Positions 1 to 10,711 are shown, counted from the first letter of the stretch. The stretch is 64,000 nt of DNA from Thermoanaerobaculia bacterium (GCA_963664405.1 OY761158.1:2848001-2912000); one strand, 5' to 3'. Notes: generated by a model not told the origin, from the letters alone. A program made the numbers and translations.

Positions 1-1
1 C

Positions 2-475
2 GAAGTCATGGGCTCCTACAGCACGATGTGGAACCAGAGCGAGCATCGCGCCATGGTCGGAGCCGGCATCAACCTTCCGATCTACCGCAGCAAGCTGCGC
101 GCTGCGAAGGCCGAGGCGGAAGCTCTCCTCGGAGTCATCGAGAGCGAGCGCGAAGTGCTCATCGATCGCGTCAGGGCCGAGGTCGCCATCGTCGCTCTAC
201 TGCTCGAGGAGGCGGAGCACGTCCTCACACTCTTTCGGTCTCGTCTGCTTCCCGCCGCCGCCGATCAGACCTCCGCGGCACTTGCCGGGTTTCGCACCGG
301 CCAGAACAGCTTTCTCTCCCTGATCGAGGCCGAGCGCAATCAGCGCACGGTTCGTCTCGACTACGAGCGAGCGAGGGCCGACGTTCACCGGCGCCTTGCC
401 GAGCTGGATGGGGCATTGGGGAGGTCGCCGGATGCCGAGAGTCGTGACCAGCCTTCTCGAGGAGATCAGCCATGA
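2..475 (+). CDS. TolC-family outer membrane efflux protein (CusC-like), 5' truncated by window edge
   Basis: C-terminal OEP-repeat-like sequence (GINLPIY...A.AGFRTGQ.SFLSLIEAER); stop overlaps the next ATG (ATGA) ahead of MFP and RND genes. Confidence 0.85.
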   Translation, partial: EVMGSYSTMWNQSEHRAMVGAGINLPIYRSKLRAAKAEAEALLGVIESEREVLIDRVRAEVAIVALLLEEAEHVLTLFRSRLLPAAADQTSAALAGFRTGQNSFLSLIEAERNQRTVRLDYERARADVHRRLAELDGALGRSPDAESRDQPSRGDQP

Positions 476-2580
476 ACCATCCAACGAAGATCGCTGCCGG
501 TGCCTTTTTGCTTGCGACTCTCAACGTCTTGATCGCTTGTAGCGACGGTAGACAGCCGCCGGGTGAGCCGAGCGCGTCGAGCCGTGTGGGAGGGCTCGAT
601 GTGCGTCTGTGGCTGGACCCCGACCCGCCGAAGCAGCAAGGACTCTTGTGGCTCGAGCTCCGCGATGAGGATGGGGGTGCCGTCGACGCTGCCCAAGTCG
701 ATGTGGGCTGGCTGATGCCGGCGATGGGCGCGATGCCCGAGATGAGAGGGAAAGCGGAGATCGAGGAGGTCGGGTCGGGTCTTTACCGTGCGCAGCTCGA
801 CCTACCGATGAATGGGTCGTGGACTCTCCCGGTCAACATTCGCACCTCTCGGACTTCTGTCATCGCCGAGTACACGCTGAATGTGGGTAGCGCGGGCCTA
901 CGCGAAGTTGGGGCGCACGCTCTCAACCAAGGCTCGCCGGAGGGCGTGCAGCCGCCGACCGCAGAATACCCCCAGGTCGTGCTCGACGCCCTGCGCGAGA
1001 CGTTGCGGGTGTACGAGGAAGTCCGCACCCAATTGACCCAGGACAGGATGGACGGCCTTTCCACCAGAGCCGAGCGATTGGCACAGAGCTTCGTCACTGC
1101 GCGCTCCGCGCTGGGAAACGAAGGGGCTCCAGCGAGCCTCGCCCTGGTCGACGAAGGGGAGCGTTCATCGTCGTCACTGGCCGCCGTCGATGACCTCGAG
1201 ACGGCTCGGGTCGCTTTCGGCGAAGTGAGCCGCTCGCTCTTCGCTCTCGCGGCGGCAGATCCTCGCCTGGTCGAAGGATGGCAGAGCTTCTCGTGCCCGA
1301 TGACGTCTACCTTCCCCAGGTGGATGCAGCCGGCCGGCGAGTTGGAGAATCCCTATATGGGCCAGGCGATGCCGGGTTGCGGCTCGCCCGCCGACTGGAG
1401 CCTTCCACAGCCGGAGGGCGTCGCTGAGCTCGAGGCCCACGCACAGCACGTTCATGGAGGTCTCGACGAGGGCGACGAGATCGCTCACTACACCTGTTCG
1501 ATGCACCCATCGGTAAAGCGCGGGGCCGCCGGGACCTGTCCGATCTGCGCGATGGATCTTGTTGGCGTGACGCGCCGAGAAGTCGAGACCGGAACCTTCG
1601 TCGTGAGTGCAGAGCGTCGACAGGAGATCGGAGTCCGAACGGAGGCAGTGGGCACACAGGCGATGAATCTCAAGATCCGTGCGGTAGGGAGGGTGACCTA
1701 TGACGAGACGTTGCTTTCCGAGGTGACGGTGAAGGTCGGTGGCTTTGTAGGGCGGCTCTCGGTCGACCAGACTGGCCAGTTGGTGCGCCAGGGCGAGGTT
1801 CTCTTCGAGCTCTACAGCCCCGAGCTCTACGCCTCGCAGGAGGAGCTCCTGGCTGCGCTTGCGAGTCAGCAAGCCGCGCGATCCACCCAAGCGCCCGATC
1901 GTGCCGACTATCTGGTCGACGCCGCGCGTCAGCGCCTTAGGCTCTGGGATCTGAGCGACTCGCAGATCGAGGCGATCGCGGAGAGCGGGCAGCCGCTGAG
2001 GGATCTGCCGATTCTTTCCTCCTCTTCGGGCTACGTGGTCGAGAAGATGGTTGTGCAGGGTTCCTCGATAAATCCTGGGCAGACTCTCTATCGCATTGCC
2101 GGTCTGGATCGAGTGTGGATCGAGGCCGAGGTCTACGAGTCGGATCTGCCGCTGATCGAGGTCGGCCAGCTGGCCGAGATCTCCCTTCCTTACCTTGGGG
2201 GAAAGCGCTTCGAGGGCCGAGTCGCCTTCGTCTATCCGTACCTCCATGCCGAGACTCGCACTGGCACCGTCCGTATCGAGTTGGCCAACCCTGGGCTGGA
2301 GCTCAAGCCGGAGATGTATGCCGATGTGAGCTTCGCCATCGAGCGCGGCGAGCGACTCACGGTGCGAGATGAGGCGGTGCTCTATGCCGGTGAGCGACGT
2401 CTCGTCTTTGTCGACCTGGGGGAGGGCCGCCTACAGCCCCGCGAGGTGGAGATCGGCGTTCACGCCGGCGACCGCTATGAAGTGCTCGCGGGCCTCGAAG
2501 TGGGCGAGAAGGTCGTCGTTTCGGGGAACTTTCTGATCGCTGCCGAAAGCCGGCTCAAATCGGCCACGGAGAAATGGTGA
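472..2580 (+). CDS. cusB: CusB-like RND periplasmic adaptor with extra N-terminal YtkA/FixH-like, DUF3347-like and heavy-metal-binding domains
   Basis: Lipoprotein-like signal (LIAC); MPAMGAMPEM; CPM...NPYMGQAMPGCG; YTCSMHP...CPICAMDL; MFP core (LYSPEL, LKPEMY, GNFLIAAES). Confidence 0.85.
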   Translation: MNHPTKIAAGAFLLATLNVLIACSDGRQPPGEPSASSRVGGLDVRLWLDPDPPKQQGLLWLELRDEDGGAVDAAQVDVGWLMPAMGAMPEMRGKAEIEEVGSGLYRAQLDLPMNGSWTLPVNIRTSRTSVIAEYTLNVGSAGLREVGAHALNQGSPEGVQPPTAEYPQVVLDALRETLRVYEEVRTQLTQDRMDGLSTRAERLAQSFVTARSALGNEGAPASLALVDEGERSSSSLAAVDDLETARVAFGEVSRSLFALAAADPRLVEGWQSFSCPMTSTFPRWMQPAGELENPYMGQAMPGCGSPADWSLPQPEGVAELEAHAQHVHGGLDEGDEIAHYTCSMHPSVKRGAAGTCPICAMDLVGVTRREVETGTFVVSAERRQEIGVRTEAVGTQAMNLKIRAVGRVTYDETLLSEVTVKVGGFVGRLSVDQTGQLVRQGEVLFELYSPELYASQEELLAALASQQAARSTQAPDRADYLVDAARQRLRLWDLSDSQIEAIAESGQPLRDLPILSSSSGYVVEKMVVQGSSINPGQTLYRIAGLDRVWIEAEVYESDLPLIEVGQLAEISLPYLGGKRFEGRVAFVYPYLHAETRTGTVRIELANPGLELKPEMYADVSFAIERGERLTVRDEAVLYAGERRLVFVDLGEGRLQPREVEIGVHAGDRYEVLAGLEVGEKVVVSGNFLIAAESRLKSATEKW

Positions 2581-5500
2581 TGGGTGCGGGCGACTCCCAA
2601 GGGCCGGTCGCGAGTGTCATTGGCGCTAGTGCTCGCAACCCACTGCTCACCATTCTGCTGGCTGGCGCGCTCGGAGTCTGGGGCTGGTATGCCCTGACTC
2701 ACGGTCCTCTGGACGCGATTCCGGATCTTTCGGATGTGCAGGTGATCGTCTTCACCGAGTGGCCGGGCCAGAGCCCGGATCTGGTGGAGGACCAGATCAC
2801 CTACCCGATCTCGAGCACTCTTCTAGCCGCTCCCCGGATCAAGTTCGTGCGCGGACAGTCCTTCTTCGGCCTTTCCTTCGTCTACGCCATCTTCGACGAC
2901 GGAACCGATATGTACTGGGCTCGCTCGCGCGTGCTCGAGTATCTGAGCGAGGTGCGGGGGGAGCTGCCGGCGGGAGTCGTCCCGACCCTCGGCCCCGACG
3001 CCACCGGCGTCGGCTGGGTCTTTGAGTACGCCCTCGTCGACCGCACCGGCCAGCACGATCTGCAAGAGCTGCGCAGCCTGCAGGATTGGAACTTGCGTTT
3101 CGCCCTCGAGAGTGTGCCAGGGGTTGCCGAGGTCGCTTCGATCGGCGGCTTCGTCAAGCAGTACCAGGTCACTCTGGACCCCAACAAGCTGGTGGCCTAC
3201 GGCATCCCGGTCGGCCGGGTGATCGAGGCGGTCAGGGAGGCGAATCAGCAAGTCGGGGGAAGAGTGCTCGAGATCTCCGGCCACGAGCATATGGTCAGAG
3301 GTAGAGGTTATGTCAGCGACAGAGCCGACCTCGAGCTCGCTCCGCTCGGTGTCTCCGAGGGCGGGGTTCCGATCACCATCAGAGATGTGGCCGAGGTGAC
3401 TATCGGGCCCGATATGCGACGCGGCCTGGCGGAGCTCGATGGCCGGGGTGAGGTGGTCGGCGGTATTGTGGTGATGCGCTATGGGGAGAACGCGCTGCGG
3501 GTGATCGAGGCGGTCAAGGCACGACTCGCCGAGATCGAGCCGGGTCTCCCCGCCGGTGTCGAGGTGGTTACCACCTATGACCGCTCCGGCCTCATCGAGG
3601 ACTCGATCGACACGCTGCGGGAGACGCTGCTCCAGGAGATGGTGGTGGTGAGCGTCGTCATTTTTCTTTTTCTACTGCATGCCAGAAGCGCCCTGGTGCC
3701 GATCATCACCTTGCCGCTGGCGGTTCTGCTCGCCTTTGTACCGATGTTCTATCAGGGTCTGACCATCAACATCATGTCGCTCGGCGGCATCGCGGTCGCA
3801 ATCGGAGCGATGGTCGACGCCGCGGTCATCCTGATCGAGAACATCCACAAGAAGCTCGAGGACCCCAGGAGTGGGACTCGCCGCCTCGAGCTCGTGATCG
3901 AGGCCATGCAAGAGGTCGGACCGACCATCTTCTTCTCTCTCCTCGTCATCACCGTCTCCTTCTTGCCGGTCTTCACCCTCGAGGGGGTGGAGGGCCGCCT
4001 GTTCAAGCCGCTCGCCTTCACCAAGACCTACTCGATGGCCTTTGCCTCGGTACTCGCTGTCACCCTGACCCCGGCACTGGCCGCGCTTCTCGTTCGAGGA
4101 CGAATCCGCGGCGAGCGGAGTAACCCGATCAACCGTCTGGTGGTCGCCCTCTATGTTCCGATCGTTCGCTTGGTGGTGCGCTTCCGCAAGACGACCATCC
4201 TGGTCGCCATCGTTCTGGTGGCCGTTACTGTGCCCGTCTTCCTGGGCCTGAGCACTGAGTTCATGCCACCTCTCAACGAGGGAGCGATCCTCTACATGCC
4301 GACGGCGCCCCCCGGCATGTCGATCACTGAGGCCGCTTCGATTCTGCAGTCGATGGACCGACAGCTCGCCAGCTTCCCCGAAGTCGAGCGGGTGTTCGGA
4401 AAGATGGGGCGCGCGCGCACCGCCACCGACTCGGCCCCGATCGGCATGGTCGAGACCGTGGTGACCCTGAAGCCAAAGGAAGAGTGGCGACCGGGTTTGA
4501 CCTGGGATGCACTGGTCGCGGAGATGGACGAGAAGTTGCGCTACCCAGGGATGCCTAATGTGTGGTGGATGCCGATCCAGACCCGCACCGAGATGCTCTC
4601 TACCGGCATTCGCAGTCAGTTGGGGATCAAGGTCTTCGGTGACGACTTGACCGAGATCGAGCACACCGCGATCGCCATCGAGCAGGCAATTGCGACCATA
4701 CCCGGCACCCGCAGCGCCTTTGCGGAGCGCTCCGCCGGCGGCTTCTTTGCCGACTTCACGGTAGACCGTGTCGCGGCGGCCCGTTACGGACTTTCGGTGG
4801 CCGACGTCAACGAAGTGGTGATGACTGCGATCGGAGGAATGAAGGTCTCAGAGACGATCGAAGGTCGCGAGCGCTACCCGATCAGTGTCCGCTACGCTCG
4901 CGAGTTTCGCGACTCGCCAGAGGCGCTTCGACGGGTGCTGGTGGCGACTCCGAGCGGCGCCCAGGTTCCGCTCGGGCAGCTCGCCACTTTGAGTTTCACC
5001 ACCGGCCCGCCGATGATTCGTAGCGAGGACGGCAAGCTGGTGGGCTTCGTGTTTGTCGATCTGGCAGGCCGGGCGATCGCCGACTATGTCGAAGAGGCTC
5101 GGGCCGTTGTAGCCCGTGAGGTGGATGTTGCGCCCGGCACCCGCATCGAGTGGGCGGGCCAGTTCCTCTATCTGGAGCGGGCGAAGGAACGTCTCAAGAT
5201 CGTCGTACCGGTCACTCTTCTCCTGGTCTTCCTGCTTCTCTACTTCCATACCGCTTCGGTAATAGAGACCGGCATCGTCCTCTTGGCCGTTCCCTTTTCC
5301 GTGGTCGGGGCGGTGTGGCTCCTCTGGTACCTCGACTACAACATGTCGGTGGCGGTGTGGGTCGGGCTCATCGCCCTCGCCGGTCTCGATGCCGAGACCG
5401 GCCTCGTAATGCTTCTCTATCTCAAGCTCGCCTGGCGGAGCCACCGGGCCGAAGGAGCCGCGCTCGCCTTCGACGACCTCAGAGAGGCTATCGTCGAGGG

Positions 5501-5720
5501 CGCGGCACGGCGCATTCGACCGAAGCTGATGGCGGTGTCGACGACTCTGCTCGGGCTGGCGCCGGTGATGTGGTCCAGCGGTACCGGAGCCGACGTGATG
5601 AAGCGGATCGCTGCGCCAATGGTCGGGGGGCTTGTGACATCCTTTGCTCTGCAACTGACGGTTTATCCAGCGATCTTCGCAATCTGGAAGGCACGAGACC
5701 TGGGTCGGTCGGATCTCTAG
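2580..5720 (+). CDS. cusA: CusA/CzcA heavy-metal efflux RND transporter
   Basis: DAIPDLSDVQVIV, GPDATGVGW, AIGAMVDA and MKRIAAPMVGG motifs; ~1046 aa; start may be 2574, 2577 or 2580. Confidence 0.95.
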   Translation: MGAGDSQGPVASVIGASARNPLLTILLAGALGVWGWYALTHGPLDAIPDLSDVQVIVFTEWPGQSPDLVEDQITYPISSTLLAAPRIKFVRGQSFFGLSFVYAIFDDGTDMYWARSRVLEYLSEVRGELPAGVVPTLGPDATGVGWVFEYALVDRTGQHDLQELRSLQDWNLRFALESVPGVAEVASIGGFVKQYQVTLDPNKLVAYGIPVGRVIEAVREANQQVGGRVLEISGHEHMVRGRGYVSDRADLELAPLGVSEGGVPITIRDVAEVTIGPDMRRGLAELDGRGEVVGGIVVMRYGENALRVIEAVKARLAEIEPGLPAGVEVVTTYDRSGLIEDSIDTLRETLLQEMVVVSVVIFLFLLHARSALVPIITLPLAVLLAFVPMFYQGLTINIMSLGGIAVAIGAMVDAAVILIENIHKKLEDPRSGTRRLELVIEAMQEVGPTIFFSLLVITVSFLPVFTLEGVEGRLFKPLAFTKTYSMAFASVLAVTLTPALAALLVRGRIRGERSNPINRLVVALYVPIVRLVVRFRKTTILVAIVLVAVTVPVFLGLSTEFMPPLNEGAILYMPTAPPGMSITEAASILQSMDRQLASFPEVERVFGKMGRARTATDSAPIGMVETVVTLKPKEEWRPGLTWDALVAEMDEKLRYPGMPNVWWMPIQTRTEMLSTGIRSQLGIKVFGDDLTEIEHTAIAIEQAIATIPGTRSAFAERSAGGFFADFTVDRVAAARYGLSVADVNEVVMTAIGGMKVSETIEGRERYPISVRYAREFRDSPEALRRVLVATPSGAQVPLGQLATLSFTTGPPMIRSEDGKLVGFVFVDLAGRAIADYVEEARAVVAREVDVAPGTRIEWAGQFLYLERAKERLKIVVPVTLLLVFLLLYFHTASVIETGIVLLAVPFSVVGAVWLLWYLDYNMSVAVWVGLIALAGLDAETGLVMLLYLKLAWRSHRAEGAALAFDDLREAIVEGAARRIRPKLMAVSTTLLGLAPVMWSSGTGADVMKRIAAPMVGGLVTSFALQLTVYPAIFAIWKARDLGRSDL

Positions 5721-5759
5721 AGACGCGCGCCTTCGCGAAGCCGTGCCGGGGGAGTCCTT

Positions 5760-6621
5760 GTGAGCTCGACTTGGGAGATCGGCGTGAGAGTGGGCGCCTT
5801 CGCCGTGGTCTTTTCTCTGGTGGCGCTGTGGGAGATTCTCGGCGCGCGCCGTGCGCTCAGCTGCTCCCGCCGCCAACGCTTGGTTCGCCAACCTGGGGTT
5901 GGTGGTCGTGGACACGGTGGTGGTGCGCGTCCTCTTTCCACTCACTCTGGTGGGTGTTGCGATGACGGCCGAGGCACGCGACTGGGGCCTCCTTCGGCAG
6001 CTTTCGGTGCCCTTCCCGGTGACGCTCGGTGTGTCGGTGGTTCTTCTCGACTTCGTCCTCTATCTGCAGCACCTGCTCTTCCACGCCGTGCCGGCACTGT
6101 GGCGCCTCCACATGGTGCACCATGCCGATCTCGACTTCGACCTCACCACCGGCCTCCGCTTCCACCCTGTTGAGATCGCCCTTTCGTTGGCGCTCAAGAT
6201 GGGAGTCGTCCTGCTGCTCGGCGCACCGCCGTTGGCCGCGCTCGTCTTCGAGGCGCTGCTCAACGGCACCGCGCTCTTCAACCACGGCAATGTGTCGTTG
6301 CCGGTCAGGCTCGAAAGGGTGACGAGGTGGTTGTTAGTGACTCCAGACATGCATCGAGTGCATCACTCGGTCGCGCGCCCAGAGACCAACAGCAACTTCG
6401 GCTTCTGTCTGTCGTGGTGGGACCGCCTCCTCGGCACCTATCGACAGAGCCCGAAGTCGGGTCACGACGGCATGCAGATCGGTCTTGACCACCTTCAAGA
6501 TCGCAGCCATCAGTCTCTGCCCTGGCTCCTCGCTCTCCCTCTGCGCGGCGACACAGGCTCTTATCCCTTTGGCTTCGGCAGGAAAAGACGACTCAGGAGA
6601 GGCCGAGGGAGAATAGGCTAG
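5760..6621 (+). pseudogene. Sterol desaturase / fatty acid hydroxylase family protein with one frameshift near 5880
   Basis: His boxes HLLFH, HMVHH, HRVHH and NSNFG; N-terminus (…ALWEILGARR…QR) is in a different frame from WFANLGL…; one extra T (cgc t tgg) at ~5880, possibly a sequencing error. Confidence 0.8.
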
Positions 6622-6783
6622 TGTCGTGTCCCGGAAATGCCTGCCTAATAGATCGAGGTCATTTCGTTCGCTGCCAAGGCGCGTCGAGGCAGGCATATTG
6701 AGAAATCTGTCGACGAGGCGTAACGAAGGCAGCGAGCGAAAGGGGCCGAGCTATTGGGTAGGCATTTCCGGGACACGACACTA
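6619..6783 (+). repeat. Palindromic MITE/REP-like element, copy 1
   Basis: 33-bp inverted repeat 6619-6651 / 6751-6783 whose only two mismatches are G.T pairs; inner stem 6662-6675 / 6728-6741; begins at the CTAG containing the upstream stop codon; core homologous to 18679-18846. Confidence 0.85.
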
Positions 6784-6789
6784 AGAACG

Positions 6790-7563
6790 ATGAAGCGTGA
6801 CGCAAGGAGACCGTTGAGCGTGGTGACGGCGGCCACCTTGCTTCTGACTTTGGCAATCTCGGCGAGTGGAGCGAAAGGCTCGCTCAGCGAGAACCTCCTG
6901 ATTGCCAGCGAAGCGCTCGGCTACGAGCTTCAGTACCGCGTCTACACGCCCGACAGCGAGGCGAAAGATCTGCCCGTGCTCTACGTCACCGATGGGCAGT
7001 GGTACATCAGCCGAGGGGAGATGCCCAGATTGCTCGACAAGCTCATCGAGAAGGGCCGAATCAAGCCGATCGTCGCAGTGTTCGTCGACAACCGGAATCC
7101 TCATGATCTCTCCGAGAATCGACGCAACCGCCAGTTCTTTTGCAATCGCGAATACGCTCATTTCTTCTCAGAGGAGTTGGTGCCGGCGATCGACCGTGAC
7201 TACCCGACCCGCCCTCGTCGCGAGGACCGCGTCGTTCTCGGTCTCTCCTTCGGCGCTTTGAGCTCGGCGTGCTTCGGGCTGCTCGCCCACCAGAGCTTCC
7301 AGGGCATTGCGATGCAGAGCCCCGCCCTGCATCCGGTTCCCGGAATCTACGATGCCTATTCCGACTCGCCGCCGCTCGATTTGCTCATTTTTCTCAGCAC
7401 CGGCACCGCCGGCGACAATCTCGACCAGGCGGTGCGGCTCAGAGAAGTGCTCAAGAAAAAGGGCTACGACCTTCGTTACATCGCCGTACCCCAGGGCCAC
7501 GACTGGCTCAACTGGGGCCCGTTACTCGACGATGTGCTCGAGTTCTACTTCCGAAGAAAGTGA
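6790..7563 (+). CDS. Secreted alpha/beta hydrolase, enterochelin-esterase (Fes)-like
   Basis: Signal peptide; YRVYTP...PVLYVTDG; nucleophile elbow GLSFG; GHDW. Confidence 0.85.
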   Translation: MKRDARRPLSVVTAATLLLTLAISASGAKGSLSENLLIASEALGYELQYRVYTPDSEAKDLPVLYVTDGQWYISRGEMPRLLDKLIEKGRIKPIVAVFVDNRNPHDLSENRRNRQFFCNREYAHFFSEELVPAIDRDYPTRPRREDRVVLGLSFGALSSACFGLLAHQSFQGIAMQSPALHPVPGIYDAYSDSPPLDLLIFLSTGTAGDNLDQAVRLREVLKKKGYDLRYIAVPQGHDWLNWGPLLDDVLEFYFRRK

Positions 7564-7609
7564 TAGTTATCACTTCCTTCGGAAGCCGCACATGGCGCCG
7601 AGGACGGCG

Positions 7610-8233
7610 TTACTCCGCCACGCTGAAGGGCAGGACCCCGACCGTGTTACCCCACGCCAAGGCGAGGGCTCCCCCTGCGCTGGTGACATCACTGAAGAAG
7701 TAGGTCAGCTGATCGATCGCGATCTCGTTGGGAGTCACCATCATCGGCGCGCGAACGACGTCGTAGTCGCTGCTGTACCCGTAGGCGCCCCAGGTGACGC
7801 CGCCCGCTTCGATCTTCTCTCGATCCGGCGCCGGCAGGTAGTCCTGCTTCGAAAAGATGGCGGTCCATGCGCCCTCTTTGAGGTCGATGAAGAAGCTGTA
7901 CTCGCCCGCCGGAAGCTTGGTCTCGCCGATCATGAGGTCGAGCTCGGTCTTGATTCTGGTCGTGACATTGGCGCCGGCTCTCCACACCGGCGCACCCAAG
8001 TAGAGCGTCTTGCCATAGCTCTCGCCGGAGCCGAAGATGTCTGCGCGGCCGCGTAGAATCGGCCGGCTGTACTCGATCTCGATCCAGGCGTCACCGATCT
8101 GGGTGGCCACAGATCCTTGGGGGCTCTTGGGCATTCCACCCTGAGCGGAGGCTACTCCGCCCAAGAGGACAGCCAGAGCGAAGGTGGTAGCGATCAACAG
8201 GACTGCGTTCTTTGGAAGCGTGCGCATGAACAT
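7610..8233 (-). CDS. DUF2911 domain secreted protein
   Basis: Signal peptide; SP.G, IEYSRP..RGR, VWRAGAN..T, LPAGEYS. Confidence 0.85.
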   Translation of the reverse strand: MFMRTLPKNAVLLIATTFALAVLLGGVASAQGGMPKSPQGSVATQIGDAWIEIEYSRPILRGRADIFGSGESYGKTLYLGAPVWRAGANVTTRIKTELDLMIGETKLPAGEYSFFIDLKEGAWTAIFSKQDYLPAPDREKIEAGGVTWGAYGYSSDYDVVRAPMMVTPNEIAIDQLTYFFSDVTSAGGALALAWGNTVGVLPFSVAE

Positions 8234-8317
8234 CTCCTGAGCTAGTGGTGAGGCGTTTTTTGGGTCGAAAGCCGAGCCTAGCGGATTCCGCAGGCTGGCG
8301 CATAGTTCAGTCTCATC

Positions 8318-9328
8318 CTATCTCCGCGCCGCCACCATCTGCAGCGCGACGTCGATCGCTGCGAGCATGCTCTGCGGTCGCGCCGTACCCGTGCCCGCGA
8401 TGTCGAAGGCGGTCCCGTGATCCACCGAAGTCCGAATAATGGGCAACCCGATGCTGACGTTGACACCGTTGTCGAAGGCCAGCAACTTCATCGGAATGTG
8501 CCCCTGGTCGTGGTACATGGCGACAACGATGTCGTAGGCGCCGTTGACCGCGCGCATGAATACGGTATCCGGGGGCTGCGGCAAAGAGACGTTGAGGCCA
8601 CGCGCGCGCGCAGCCTCGATCGCGGGAACGATCTCTCGCGCCTCTTGGTCGCCGAAGAGTCCGCCCTCGCCGGCGTGTGGATTGAGGCCGGCAATGCCGA
8701 TGCGTGGCTCTGCGACGCCCAACAGAAGACAGGATTCGTGAGCCATATCGATCACTTGACCAATACGTCGGCGCTCCACGAGTTGCACTGCTTCCGCGAG
8801 AGGAATGTGGGTACTGACGTGCACGATGCGGAGCTGAGGAGCGACCAGCAGCATCGTTACCTGCTTTGCCCCGGTGCGCTCTGCCAGTAATTCGGTATGG
8901 CCAGGGTAGTGATGCCCGGCCAGATTCATCGCTTCTTTGTTGAGGGGCGCGGTAACGACCGCCTCGACCGCTTCGGCCATTGCCAGGTCGCAGGCGCGGC
9001 AGACGTAGTCGACGGCCGCCTTGCCCGCCACCCGGCTGACTCGGCCGGGTGGGCACTGGCTCGGTGGAGCGTTCTCGAGATCGAGGAGGGTGACGCTTCC
9101 TGGAGCGTATCTACCCTCTGCCGGCTCCTCCACGACTTCGAAGGGCGGGCTCCAGTCGACCCACTCCGAGGCTCGCTGCAGCTGACGGAGATCGCCAATG
9201 ACCAGCGGCCGGCAACGCTCGAGAAGCGTCGGCACTTGCAGCGCCTTGAGCACCACTTCGGCGCCGACGCCGGCGGGATCACCCATGGTCAGAGCGAGAA
9301 TCGGCCTGGATGAATCCGCTGTAGGCAA
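8318..9328 (-). CDS. pdxA: 4-hydroxythreonine-4-phosphate dehydrogenase (PdxA/PdxA2 family)
   Basis: TMGDPAGVGAE, TAPLNK, GHTE, NPHAGEGG, AMYHDQG, RTSVDHGTAFDIAG; TTG start at 9328 with GAGGAG RBS. Confidence 0.93.
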   Translation of the reverse strand: MPTADSSRPILALTMGDPAGVGAEVVLKALQVPTLLERCRPLVIGDLRQLQRASEWVDWSPPFEVVEEPAEGRYAPGSVTLLDLENAPPSQCPPGRVSRVAGKAAVDYVCRACDLAMAEAVEAVVTAPLNKEAMNLAGHHYPGHTELLAERTGAKQVTMLLVAPQLRIVHVSTHIPLAEAVQLVERRRIGQVIDMAHESCLLLGVAEPRIGIAGLNPHAGEGGLFGDQEAREIVPAIEAARARGLNVSLPQPPDTVFMRAVNGAYDIVVAMYHDQGHIPMKLLAFDNGVNVSIGLPIIRTSVDHGTAFDIAGTGTARPQSMLAAIDVALQMVAARR

Positions 9329-9403
9329 TCCGTTCTTCTCCTCTCCGACGATACCAACCCGTCGAGCGAGAAGGCACGCGAGATCGAGTATTCTTTTTGC
9401 CAA

Positions 9404-10711
9404 ATGGGTGAGCTCCTTCTCCCGGCGCCGTCGCCGGCGCGGCTACGCCAAGCCCTGGAGAGAGGCGAAGTGACTCTCGTCGAGCATGTCGAGGGTGTAC
9501 TGGCCCGCGTCGAGAGGCACGAGCTTCGAGTTCGAGCCCTGGTGCCAGAGACTCGCCGGCGAGAACGTGTGCTGGGTGAGGCCGAGGCACTCCGCGACCG
9601 ATTCCCCGAGCCGTCGGAACAAACTCCCCTGTATGGCGCCCTGGTTGGTATCAAGGACATCTTCACGGTAGCGGGCCTGCCGACCGCATGCGGCTCGGCT
9701 CTTCCTCCCGAGGCCTTCGAGTCCGCGGAGGCCTCCTGTGTCACACGCTTTCGTGCGGCCGGTGGACTGGTTCTGGGCAAGACGATCACTACCGAGTTCG
9801 CCTTCTTTAGTCCCGGCGCCACCACTAATCCCCACGATGCGGGCCACACCCCCGGCGGCTCGAGTAGCGGATCGGCGGCCGCCGTGGCCAGCGGCTACGT
9901 ACCGATCGCCTTCGGTTCTCAGACCGTCGGCTCGGTGATCCGTCCCGCTGCTTTCTGCGGAGTGGTGGGGTTCAAGCCTAGCTATGGACGCATTCCCGGC
10001 GACGGCATGTTGTCGTTCTCGAGGTCCGTCGACTGCCCCGGGCTTCTGGCCGTCGATCTCGCCACCGTTTTCGCGGTCGCCGCGGTGGTGATCGAGGACT
10101 GGTCCTCGACGGTAGCGAGCGCTGACATGCCCACGGTCGGCGTGCCGACTGGCGTCTACTTGGACCAGGTTGAGGCGGGAGCGCGGGCCGCGTTCGAAAG
10201 CCAGCTGGCGTTGCTCGCGAGATCCGGTGTCGAAGTGAAGCAGGTCGCCCTTCTGGACGACTACGGCGAGATTGCGGACCGTCATCAGGACTTGATTGCG
10301 GCGGAGTTCGCGCGCACCCACTCCGACCGTTTCGCGCGCTGGGGCTCGCTCTACTCGGGCCACAGTGCCGGGCTCTACGATCGTGGGCTCCGCCTCGGCG
10401 AGCACGCGATTCTCAGCGGGCGACAAAGCTCGAGAGACCTGAGATCGCGCTTAGAGTCCCTTATGGACGAGCACGGCATCGATTTGTGGGCGACGCCGGC
10501 GGCAACCGGCCCGGCGCCGAGCGGACTCGACAGCACCGGCGACCCGAGAATGAACTTGATCTGGACCCACGCCCTCATGCCAGCACTCACCTTTCCCATG
10601 TCGAACGATGGGGGGTTGCCGCTGGGGCTTCAGTTGGCGGCTCGGGTTGGTGACGATGAACGTCTTCTGGTCTGGGCCCAGGCCTGTGCTGCGGCCTTGG
10701 GAACGGCTTGA
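9404..10711 (+). CDS. Amidase signature family protein
   Basis: GIKD, PGGSSSGSAAAVA, GSQTVGSVIRPAAFCG..GFKPS. Confidence 0.92.
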   Translation: MGELLLPAPSPARLRQALERGEVTLVEHVEGVLARVERHELRVRALVPETRRRERVLGEAEALRDRFPEPSEQTPLYGALVGIKDIFTVAGLPTACGSALPPEAFESAEASCVTRFRAAGGLVLGKTITTEFAFFSPGATTNPHDAGHTPGGSSSGSAAAVASGYVPIAFGSQTVGSVIRPAAFCGVVGFKPSYGRIPGDGMLSFSRSVDCPGLLAVDLATVFAVAAVVIEDWSSTVASADMPTVGVPTGVYLDQVEAGARAAFESQLALLARSGVEVKQVALLDDYGEIADRHQDLIAAEFARTHSDRFARWGSLYSGHSAGLYDRGLRLGEHAILSGRQSSRDLRSRLESLMDEHGIDLWATPAATGPAPSGLDSTGDPRMNLIWTHALMPALTFPMSNDGGLPLGLQLAARVGDDERLLVWAQACAAALGTA

